A stretch of 64,000 nt of DNA from Arenicellales bacterium (GTDB taxonomy: Bacteria; Pseudomonadota; Gammaproteobacteria; Arenicellales; JAJDZL01), in NCBI GenBank assembly GCA_965203865.1, contig OZ241916.1, forward strand, positions 861,548-925,547. Direction: 5' to 3'. Positions 40,073 to 48,376 of the stretch are shown here, piece by piece (position 1 is the first letter of the stretch; every line of letters begins with the position of its first letter). The notes under the pieces are model-generated. The model worked only from the letters and a program-made list of their open reading frames with translations, was not told the DNA's origin and did not search any database. The position numbers were made by a program, and so were the translations under genes.

Positions 40073-41077
40073 TCAATTGAATGTCAATACGATTTTGCCA
40101 ATATGCTGACCTGACTCCAAGTGCAAGTGTGCTTCCTTTACTTGTTCAACCGGGAACACAGAATCAATGACTGGATAAACAGTATTGTTTTCCAGTAGTG
40201 GCCAAACCTTTTCTCGCAATTCATCAGCGATCGCGGCTTTTTGCTCTACGGAGCGCCCTCGCAGTGTGGATCCTGTCAAAGTCAATCGCTTCATCATAAT
40301 GGGCAGTATGTTGATTTCCGACTTCAATCCACCTTGCGTTGCGATGATGACTGCGCGTCCTTCCATGGCGAGGCACTTCAAATTTCTCGGTACATAGTTG
40401 CCGCCTACTATGTCAAGTATTACATCAACCCCTTTTCCATTAGTGATGTTCAGCACTTCCTCTACAAAGTCTTTCTCTTTGTAGTTGATTGCAATGTCGG
40501 CTCCAAGTTCAATTGACCTGTTGCATTTCTTGTCAGACCCGGCGGTAGTCAGCACTGTGGCACCGAATGCTTTCGCCAATTGTATTGCGGTTGTTCCGAT
40601 TCCACTGCTTCCCCCATGAATCAGAATGGATTCGCCTTTACTCAGATTCCCCCGAGTGAATACGTTCGTCCATACTGTAAAAAAGGTTTCAGGGACTGCT
40701 CCGGCTCCAACAATATCGAGGCTGTCTGGAACCGGAAGACAAGACGAGGCAGGTGCCAGACAATACTCTGCATAGCCGCCGCCTGCAACCAGTGCGCAAA
40801 CCTTGTTGCCTATGGATAAATTTTCTGTATCTTTGCCTAATGCAACAACAGTTCCAGAAACTTCCAGTCCAAGTAGGTCAGATGCTCCGGGTGGCGGCGG
40901 GTACTTTCCTTCTCGCTGCATAATATCCGCTCGATTCATTCCGGCACCAGCGACCCGAATCAATACTTCTTCACCATCAGGTTCCGGAGTAGGTCGTTCT
41001 CCAAATACCAGAACATCTGCACCGCCGGGTTGCGGAACTTCAATGACTTTCATTTTTTCTGGAACATTAGTGGTCAT
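40073..41077 (-). CDS. NAD(P)H:quinone oxidoreductase (zeta-crystallin/PIG3 family)
   Basis: NRADIMQREGKYPPPPGAS; GLEVSG; IHGGSSGIGT; HIGKIVL. Confidence 0.88.
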   Translation of the reverse strand: MTTNVPEKMKVIEVPQPGGADVLVFGERPTPEPDGEEVLIRVAGAGMNRADIMQREGKYPPPPGASDLLGLEVSGTVVALGKDTENLSIGNKVCALVAGGGYAEYCLAPASSCLPVPDSLDIVGAGAVPETFFTVWTNVFTRGNLSKGESILIHGGSSGIGTTAIQLAKAFGATVLTTAGSDKKCNRSIELGADIAINYKEKDFVEEVLNITNGKGVDVILDIVGGNYVPRNLKCLAMEGRAVIIATQGGLKSEINILPIMMKRLTLTGSTLRGRSVEQKAAIADELREKVWPLLENNTVYPVIDSVFPVEQVKEAHLHLESGQHIGKIVLTFN

Positions 41078-41597
41078 GGGGCATTTCTTTCAATGTGGTT
41101 TTGTATCGCCGAATTTTGTCAATGTACGACTGATTGAATTTCAGCAGCATGGTTTTTTCGCTTTCTTTCAATTTTCGAACTACCCGGCCCGGAGAACCAA
41201 CAACCAGGCTATTGTCGGGAATTTTCTTGCCTTCAGCAATCAACGCGTTTGCACCAATCAGGCAATTTTTTCCAATTGATGCGTTGTTCAAAATTACTGA
41301 GTTGATTCCAATCAAGGTTCCATCGCCGATCGTGCAACCGTGCAACATCGCCTTGTGTCCTATGCTGACGTTGTTGCCGATATTGAGTTTGATACCAGGG
41401 TCAGTATGCAGTACGCAGCAATCTTGCACATTGGAGCCGTGGCCAATTGAAATTGTGTCATTGTCTCCTCGAATTACAGCGCCGAACCAAATGCCAACAT
41501 CATCGCCTAAAACCACATCGCCGACCACTGTTGCTGTGTTGGCGATATAAACATTTGAGCCGTAGCGAACCGGTCCGATGTCAAGGGAATACATCAC
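41067..41597 (-). CDS. Gamma-carbonic anhydrase family protein
   Basis: Hexapeptide repeats; IRGD; NVQDCCVLH; IGHKAMLHGC. Confidence 0.88.
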   Translation of the reverse strand: MMYSLDIGPVRYGSNVYIANTATVVGDVVLGDDVGIWFGAVIRGDNDTISIGHGSNVQDCCVLHTDPGIKLNIGNNVSIGHKAMLHGCTIGDGTLIGINSVILNNASIGKNCLIGANALIAEGKKIPDNSLVVGSPGRVVRKLKESEKTMLLKFNQSYIDKIRRYKTTLKEMPHDH

Positions 41598-41604
41598 TGT
41601 TCAA

Positions 41605-42633
41605 TCAATATCGGTCAATAATCCTTGAATCAGTGAATCGATTTCGTATTACTGATGGTAGAAGTGATTCCATGGCTGGATTAATGCGTTCCAGGAGTTT
41701 CTTCTTGCGAACATACTTCACTTCAAGAATATTATGTTCCTTACTGGCTTCCAGAAGATACTGGTCGCTGGTAATTAGTTCGTCGACCAAATCTCGTTCA
41801 AGTGCGCGGGTGCCAAACCAGAACTCTCCTGTCGCAACCTTGTCAATGTCAACTTTGGGTCTGTTCAAGTGGATGAAATCCTTGAAAAGAGTATGTGTAT
41901 CCTCTATTTCTTCTTTGAATTTTGCTGTGCCTTTTTCAGTCGGAGGGCTAAACATGCCAACTGTTCTTTTGTACTCGCCGGCAGTGAATTCCTGGTATTC
42001 AATGTCATGCTTTTCCAGTACGCGACTCAGGTTGGGGACTTGCGCCAGTACTCCGATTGAACCAACAATAGCAAAAGGCGCAGCAAGTATAGTGTCTGCC
42101 ACGCAGGCCATCAAATATCCCCCGCTTGCAGCTACTTTGTCGACTGTCACAATAAGCCGAATTCCCTTGCTTTTGATGCGACTCAATTGAGATGCAGCCA
42201 GTCCGTAGGCATGCACGGCACCGCCTTGGCTTTCAATTTTTACTACGACTTCATCTGTTGGCTCAGCTACAGTCAGTACAGCAGTAATTTCTTCTCGGAT
42301 TCGGTCGATTTGACTTGCCTGGATGTCGCCATGAAAATTAATGACATAAATGTTTTTTAAACTTTCGTCCTTTGCTTCTTTCTCGGATTTTTTATCTTCC
42401 TTTTTTCGAGACTTTACATTCTCCTTGTATGATTTCTTGGAAAGTACTGTTGAATTTATTGCATCTGCCATTGCCTCGTAGCGTTTGTTCAACTGGTTTA
42501 CTTCAAGATGTTCCTTTTGATGCAACTTTTGCTTGGAAGATATCGCCATTAAAAACAGCAAGGGGATAAAAATGCACAAAACAACAATAATTGTTTTGGC
42601 GAAAAATAATAAAAAATCGAGTAGATATTCCAT
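41605..42633 (-). CDS. sohB: S49 protease SohB
   Basis: N-terminal TM anchor; FHGDIQAS; ESQGGAVHAYGLAASQL; VAASGGY; GSIGV; TAGEYKRT; VATGEFW. Confidence 0.9.
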   Translation of the reverse strand: MEYLLDFLLFFAKTIIVVLCIFIPLLFLMAISSKQKLHQKEHLEVNQLNKRYEAMADAINSTVLSKKSYKENVKSRKKEDKKSEKEAKDESLKNIYVINFHGDIQASQIDRIREEITAVLTVAEPTDEVVVKIESQGGAVHAYGLAASQLSRIKSKGIRLIVTVDKVAASGGYLMACVADTILAAPFAIVGSIGVLAQVPNLSRVLEKHDIEYQEFTAGEYKRTVGMFSPPTEKGTAKFKEEIEDTHTLFKDFIHLNRPKVDIDKVATGEFWFGTRALERDLVDELITSDQYLLEASKEHNILEVKYVRKKKLLERINPAMESLLPSVIRNRFTDSRIIDRY

Positions 42634-42743
42634 TTTGCTGTGATGAGAAAATTTGAAGGAAAATTATAGCAGGTGAATCAAGACTTGTTGCACTGTGTCA
42701 ATGCAAAATTATTTGGGATGCCAATCTAGAAAAGCAGGAATTT

Positions 42744-43151
42744 CTAGAGTAGTCTTCTCATATATTCAGAAGCTAATGCAGTAACTGCGGCACTTGTAAC
42801 TATGTTCTCGAGTTCGTCGAATTGCTGGGCACTTGGAAAATGAATGCTATGCGGTGCAACTAAATGATATTTTAGTGCCAATATCATGGAAATCAATACA
42901 AATAACCACTAATCAAAGAACATGCCTATAACTATTATAAAGGGTTGTCGAATCATACAACGAAACGATCTGAATGAGTATGCTGGCGAGTTTGTTTTCC
43001 CCTTCAATATCCGCTACTGAAAACCTCAGTAGCCGGAACGAACGCCGCAAACCGCCGTTGTTCATGTGCTGATTCGGGCTTTCCTTACTTATAGTTAGAG
43101 GCATGTCAAAGAATTGTGCCTTTTTTCATCTCGTGGCTAGTCAGGAGCCAT
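42744..43151 (-). pseudogene. Possible decayed partner (toxin-like membrane protein) gene of the Panacea antitoxin
   Basis: A frame starting at the ATG overlapping the DUF4065 3' end has 7 internal stops but a clean hydrophobic 3' part (WLFVLISMILALKY...VTSAAVTALASEYMRRLL*). Confidence 0.3.
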
Positions 43152-43530
43152 ACCTTTGGTAAAGTCGGGCATAATGGTCTTCTATCAATTGATCTGAAAT
43201 CACCGGACTTCGACTATGTCCGTTATAAATTAGATCCCATGGTGAGTTTGGTGAATGCGTCAATTGTGAAAGCTGTATTGCCGTACGCTTTCCGTAGATT
43301 TCAAGAGTTTCATCCATTACACTAGATTCGTATTCATCAAATGATTCATCATTCAATCCAGGAAAAACTTCATCCGCGCGTACAGGCTTTGAGCGAAATT
43401 TCTTCACTTTTAAATAAAGCTCTGGGATTACCGGCCCGTAGCGCCATGCCTCAGCATTTTCCCGAATTAGTGGTCGCCCATAAAGACCTAGCATCCAGCC
43501 GTGTGAAATATAGACGAGTTTTATAAGCTT
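43141..43530 (-). pseudogene. Panacea/DUF4065 (SocA-like) antitoxin, 3' fragment
   Basis: KLIKLVYISHGW..AWRYGPVIPELY..QLSQLTH..SPW are hallmark DUF4065 motifs. Confidence 0.88.
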
Positions 43531-44771
43531 GGGAATTATATACATTGATAACCAGACCACTGTATACTGTTCTGCGCAGTGGGCATTCCAATGAATGCTT
43601 TAAGTCTTCCTTCTTCCTGCGCTTCGGGCCGCCCGCCCAAAGTGCCGGTCAACCCGACACGAAGAACATTTATAGCAGCGTTTACATCCCTGTCTTCAGT
43701 ATAGCCACAAGCTTTGCAAAGATAAGTCCTATCGCTTAGTTTTATCTTTTCCTTAGGCTTGCTGCCGCATTTGGAGCAAGTCTGGGATGTAAACTTAGGA
43801 TTGACTTTAGATACGAAGCCACCGGCACTCTCAGCCTTGTAGCTTAGCATCTCATTAAAGTCTCCCCATGTCTGGTCAAGTATTGACCTGTTTAATCCTG
43901 TTTTACAGCTACCGCCAGTAGCTGTCATATTCTTAACTTTCAAGTCTTCCACGTAAAACTTGGAAGTGCAGTCTTTCACTAAACTTGTAGTCAGCTCGTG
44001 CAAGTAGCCTTTGTTTCTTTCCCTTGCCCTCTGCCACTCTTTATTCAAAGACAGAATCTTCTTTTTTCTGCTGTTTGAACCCTTTACAGACTTGGAAACT
44101 TTCTTCTGTAAAGTTCTTAGTTTGGTTCTGTCTACATTCCTTTTAGGAATTTGCACTCCATTGGACAAGGAAATCCTGTTTAACACTCCAGCATCCACTC
44201 CTACAGGAGCTCTTGCATCCTCTACTTGTACATCCGGAAGCTGACAAACCAGTTGTAGCTTAACTCTAATTGGAGTCTTTACTATCCTAAGTATCTTGGC
44301 TTCTCCCTTTAGTTTTCCTTTATACCTGAACTTTCCAATTCCTTTTACCCGAATACAGTTCCAGGAAACTGCCTTTTTTATCTTAAAGTCGCTTGTCTCA
44401 AAAGACTTGACTCCCCTGTTCCTCGACTTGAACCTTGGAAACCCTGGCTTCTCCCCTTTCTTTTCTCTGTCAAAGAATCTTTTGAACGCTTTATCCAGTC
44501 TTCTCAGGCAGGTTCTCTGAGATGAGCAGTGAAACTTCTCAAACCACTCGTCTTCTTGCCTTATTGTTGTTAAGGACTTTTGCTGGTCAAGATAGGAAAT
44601 GCCTATATTCTGCTTCTTGTAGGCATCTATTCTTTCCTGCAAGGCACAGTTCCACAATAGTGTTTCCTGATTCAGAAACTCTTCCAAGTTTCTATGACAC
44701 CCTTTGGAAATCTTTGCAGTGTAGGTATAAGTTCTAATCATGGTAATTGGTTATCATTGTATATAAGTCCC
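43531..44771 (-). mobile_element. Non-autonomous TnpB-carrying element with 24-bp terminal inverted repeats and an 8-bp target-site duplication
   Basis: TIRs GGGAATTATATACATTGATAACCA (43531-43554) and, on the minus strand, GGGACTTATATACAATGATAACCA (44771-44748), 22/24 identical. ATAAGCTT flanks both sides (43523-43530 and 44772-44779). Excision restores the DUF4065 reading frame. Confidence 0.93.
43536..44741 (-). CDS. tnpB: RNA-guided endonuclease TnpB (IS200/IS605 OrfB family)
   Basis: N-terminal HTH region (TYTY...LWNCALQER); PGFPRFK; RuvC-I GVDAG, RuvC-II VEDL, zinc finger CSKC/CKAC, RuvC-III DRDVNAAIN. Confidence 0.93.
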   Translation of the reverse strand: MIRTYTYTAKISKGCHRNLEEFLNQETLLWNCALQERIDAYKKQNIGISYLDQQKSLTTIRQEDEWFEKFHCSSQRTCLRRLDKAFKRFFDREKKGEKPGFPRFKSRNRGVKSFETSDFKIKKAVSWNCIRVKGIGKFRYKGKLKGEAKILRIVKTPIRVKLQLVCQLPDVQVEDARAPVGVDAGVLNRISLSNGVQIPKRNVDRTKLRTLQKKVSKSVKGSNSRKKKILSLNKEWQRARERNKGYLHELTTSLVKDCTSKFYVEDLKVKNMTATGGSCKTGLNRSILDQTWGDFNEMLSYKAESAGGFVSKVNPKFTSQTCSKCGSKPKEKIKLSDRTYLCKACGYTEDRDVNAAINVLRVGLTGTLGGRPEAQEEGRLKAFIGMPTAQNSIQWSGYQCI

Positions 44772-44860
44772 ATAAGCTTCATCGGTGAGAGTGCCATTTT
44801 TCTCTCTTCTGCATGATCAAGCAAATATCTGGCTACTTCAGTACATGGGTGTCCAAACAT
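44772..44860 (-). pseudogene. Panacea/DUF4065 antitoxin, 5' fragment
   Basis: AAGGAG RBS then ATG at 44860: MFGHPCTEVARYLLDHAEERKMALSPMKL, which joins IKLVYISHGW after removal of the insertion. Confidence 0.85.
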
Positions 44861-45128
44861 AGATTATCTCCTTGCTTTTTACCTTATACCGACATTTTTT
44901 GGCAATAATAATGGGTATTCGTCCTATCTATCAGATTTAATTTGTATGGCTAAACAAGAGTGGTTATCACGATACTTATACTCCATTTTTCGAGTAAAGT
45001 GTAAATCACAATTCCTTGTAAGAATCCGCCTGCAAGTTTTCCACTGTATCAACCAAGGTGTCGAAATTTGTATTGATTCAGGTGTCAAACCAAGTAAAGC
45101 GACCTATGAACCAGAAGCAACTTCAAGG

Positions 45129-45563
45129 TCAAAACGGAATATCGGGTACCCAGGTATATCCATCGTCATCTACGATATAAGCCTCTCGAAGTTGATGCGC
45201 ATCTTTGCTGGTAGCCTCTTGTAAAACAAGATAATTCCACTTGCGAGCATTTTCAACGGCAATGTCGGGATTTCGCCCATGCAGGCGAAGCTCAATTCCT
45301 ATTCCGCGTTTTGATGCTTGGGTTGTTTCAATGTAAATTGGGTTTTCTTCGTAGGTATGGTCGGTATGCAGCATCCACTCTGAACCGCAACCTCGTACAA
45401 CAGCAAAATCCGGGTCAGAATATACAACCGAATTTGAAAGTACTCTGGTTTGAAATTCCAGCGCCTTCTCCATGTTCTTGACCAGTAGATTTACTGTCAA
45501 GCCTCTCAGTGAGTGTGCATATTTTGGGGCTGGCATCCATGGGTCGCCTTTTCTGAGTTTCAA
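45129..45563 (-). CDS. VOC/glyoxalase-like family protein
   Basis: NLLVKNMEKALEFQ; RGIGIELRL; HQLREAYIVDDDGYTW. Confidence 0.65.
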   Translation of the reverse strand: MKLRKGDPWMPAPKYAHSLRGLTVNLLVKNMEKALEFQTRVLSNSVVYSDPDFAVVRGCGSEWMLHTDHTYEENPIYIETTQASKRGIGIELRLHGRNPDIAVENARKWNYLVLQEATSKDAHQLREAYIVDDDGYTWVPDIPF

Positions 45564-45589
45564 TGTACTTCCCTCATGAATTGAGTCGA

Positions 45590-47254
45590 CTACTTTTCGA
45601 TCTTTGACCAGGAATCCCTCAGTGAAACCGTGCGATGAAAAATAGCATTGTTGTTATCGGTGGACGGCTGAGCCAGATAGTAGTAGCCGTTTCTTTCAAA
45701 CTGAAACCGACTGCCTGCAGGTGCCCGAGCTGCATCAACTTCAACTTTGGTATCTCCAACGACTTGAAGCGAGTCAGGGTTAATGATATTGCTAAATTCT
45801 TCCCAACTGTATGAATTCGGGTTGGGCACTGAGAACAATCGGTCATACAGGTTGACTGTCGCTGATTGACAATGGGATTCCGAAACCCAGTGAATGGTTC
45901 CTCTTACCTTCCTTCCATCCGGGGCGATACCACCGCGACTATCAGGGTCAATTGTGCAATTGACTTGTGTAATCTCGCCACTGCTATCTTTCACTACGCT
46001 TGTACAAGTAATCAAGTAAGCATAGCGCAATCGAACTTCAGCACCTGGAGCAAGCCGAAAGTATTTTCTCGGAGGTGCTTCCATAAAGTCGTCTTTTTCA
46101 ATATAAATCGTTTTTGAAAATGGCACTTTACGAGTGCCAAGTTCGGGTCTCTTCGGGTGAATTTGAGCATCTAGCCATTCGACCTTGTCCTCAGGGTAGT
46201 TTTCAACCACGAGTTTCAACGGATTTAAAACTGCCATTGTTCTGGGTGCAGCATGGTCCAAATGCAGTCGTGCCGAATTTTCAAGAACACCCATTTCCAC
46301 TTCATTGAAATTCTTGGTGATTCCGATTCTTTCGCAGAAATCGCGAATAGATTCGGGAGTGTAGCCCCGGTTCCGCAAACCCGCAAGGGTAGGCATTCTT
46401 GGGTCGCCCCAACCATCAACAAGCCCTTCGTCGACAATCCGGGTCAGGAGTCGCTTACTCAGAACTGTGTACTCCAAAGACAAGCGGGAAAATTCAATTT
46501 GCTTCGGCTTGCTTGGTGCCGTCACATTATCAATCAGCCAATCGTAAAGCGGACGATGGTCTTCGAACTCCATAGTACAAAGTGAATGCGTTACGCCTTC
46601 AATGGCATCCGATAACCCGTGAGCCATATCATACAAAGGATAGATACACCAGTCGGCCCCGGTTATTGGGTGAGATTCGTGCCGAACTCGGTAGAGTACC
46701 GGGTCGCGCATATTGATGTTGCCAGACGACATACTAATTTTCGCCCGGAGTACATGTTCGTTTTCCTTGAATTCCCCATTTCGCATTCGGGTGAACAAGT
46801 CCAGATTCTCTTCAATAGTCCGATTTCGATAGGGGCTGTCTTTACCGGGTTCAGTCAGCGTTCCTCTGTACTCCCTTATCTGTTCGGGAGACAAGCTGTC
46901 TACGTATGCTTTGCCCTGTTCGATTAATTCAACAGCAAATGAATAAAGCTGTTCAAAGTAACTTGATGCATGCAGGGGGGCATCATTCAGGCTGTAGCCA
47001 AGCCACCTGACATCCTCTATGATGGAGTTAACGTAATCAATATTCTCCTTGCTGGGATTGGTGTCATCAAACCGAAAGTTGCACTTTCCGTGATAATCTT
47101 CGGCGATTCCAAAATTCAGGCAAATTGATTTTGCGTGGCCTATATGCAAATAGCCGTTGGGCTCCGGCGGAAATCGGGTAGTAACGGGGCCTTTGACTGC
47201 ACCATTCTCGATGTCCTTGTCTATGGCTTGTCGAATAAAATTAGTTGATTTCAA
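45590..47254 (-). CDS. glnS: Glutamine--tRNA ligase
   Basis: RFPPEPNGYLHIGH; RFDDTNP; IYPLYD; VLSKR; FQFERNGYY. Confidence 0.96.
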   Translation of the reverse strand: MKSTNFIRQAIDKDIENGAVKGPVTTRFPPEPNGYLHIGHAKSICLNFGIAEDYHGKCNFRFDDTNPSKENIDYVNSIIEDVRWLGYSLNDAPLHASSYFEQLYSFAVELIEQGKAYVDSLSPEQIREYRGTLTEPGKDSPYRNRTIEENLDLFTRMRNGEFKENEHVLRAKISMSSGNINMRDPVLYRVRHESHPITGADWCIYPLYDMAHGLSDAIEGVTHSLCTMEFEDHRPLYDWLIDNVTAPSKPKQIEFSRLSLEYTVLSKRLLTRIVDEGLVDGWGDPRMPTLAGLRNRGYTPESIRDFCERIGITKNFNEVEMGVLENSARLHLDHAAPRTMAVLNPLKLVVENYPEDKVEWLDAQIHPKRPELGTRKVPFSKTIYIEKDDFMEAPPRKYFRLAPGAEVRLRYAYLITCTSVVKDSSGEITQVNCTIDPDSRGGIAPDGRKVRGTIHWVSESHCQSATVNLYDRLFSVPNPNSYSWEEFSNIINPDSLQVVGDTKVEVDAARAPAGSRFQFERNGYYYLAQPSTDNNNAIFHRTVSLRDSWSKIEK

Positions 47255-47414
47255 AACAAATTGAATTGATTGTGCAATTGATAGTAATCAGGAATACCAT
47301 ATTCCCAAGGGAGTGCAGGGTGCAAGCCAACTCGGTTCTCCGTCCATATCAGAACAAATTTGATATACAAAGAGGTATATTTTACGCGTAGATTTGTAAA
47401 TACAGGATTGAATT

Positions 47415-48368
47415 TTGAAATTTGCTTTCTTGATGGATCCTTTGGAGTCAGTCAAGGCTTACAAGGACACAACCTATTTTTTGATGCTGGCTGCACGCGA
47501 ACGCGGGCATAGTGTATTTTATTTCGGCGCGGGTTCCATGAAAGCGAACAATGAAACAGTAAGTGCCGTAGTGTCGGAAGTAGATGTGCACACAACGATT
47601 GAAAAGCCGTTTACTGTTCTGAAATTCGATGAATTGGATCTTGCCTGCATGGATGCAATATTGATTCGAACTGATCCCCCGTTTGATCGAGGATATCTGT
47701 ATTCGACACTGCTTTTGGATTTGCTAAGATCAAACACTGTGGTTGTCAACTCACCCACCGGTATTCGCAATTGGAATGAAAAACTGGCGGCAATGTTCTA
47801 TCCCGACCTGACTCCGTATACATTGATTAGCAACAGTAAACGAGAGATTCTTGAATGCGCAGAGCAAATGGGAAGATTGACTCTCAAGCCAATTGACGGG
47901 CACGGGGGGAAGGGCATTGTATTTCTGGAAGTTGATGACCCCGAAGCTGACGAAAAAATTGAACAGATAACAATGTCTGGTAAACATTGGGTTCTTGCTC
48001 AGCAATATCTTTCAGCTGCTGTTGATGGTGATAAACGAATATTGCTAGTCAATGGAGATCCGATAGGTGCGATACTTCGAGTGCATGCAGAAGGTGTAGA
48101 GTTGAACAACCTGGACCAAGGAGCAGTTGCTCAACCGAGTGAACTGAGTGAAAGAGACTTGGAAATTTGCAAGGCAATTAAGCCTGGTTTGCTGGAGCAG
48201 GGCATCTTTTTTTGCGGGATTGACATAATCGGTGGAATGCTTATGGAAGTCAATGTAACCAGTCCCACCGGATTGCAGGAACTATGCCGGTTTTCCGGTA
48301 GTCCATTCCATCATGAAATAATCCACCAGTTAGAATTGAAAATCGAATCTGTTCGCAATACCGAGTAG
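47415..48368 (+). CDS. gshB: Glutathione synthetase
   Basis: FLMDP; KDTT; IRTDPPFD; LKPIDGHGG; GDKRI; EVNVTSPTG. Confidence 0.92.
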   Translation: MKFAFLMDPLESVKAYKDTTYFLMLAARERGHSVFYFGAGSMKANNETVSAVVSEVDVHTTIEKPFTVLKFDELDLACMDAILIRTDPPFDRGYLYSTLLLDLLRSNTVVVNSPTGIRNWNEKLAAMFYPDLTPYTLISNSKREILECAEQMGRLTLKPIDGHGGKGIVFLEVDDPEADEKIEQITMSGKHWVLAQQYLSAAVDGDKRILLVNGDPIGAILRVHAEGVELNNLDQGAVAQPSELSERDLEICKAIKPGLLEQGIFFCGIDIIGGMLMEVNVTSPTGLQELCRFSGSPFHHEIIHQLELKIESVRNTE

Positions 48369-48376
48369 CCAATATT

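Noticed and set aside
43531-43560. Track start (MVWLSMYIIP) of the DUF4065 ORF
   Set aside because: These codons come from the element's TIR; the real N-terminus is at 44860.
43531-44771. Classifying the tnpB element as an ordinary IS200/IS605 (IS1341-group) or IS607 element
   Set aside because: Those families have neither terminal inverted repeats nor target duplications. Both are explicit here, and the reconstructed host gene confirms the boundaries.
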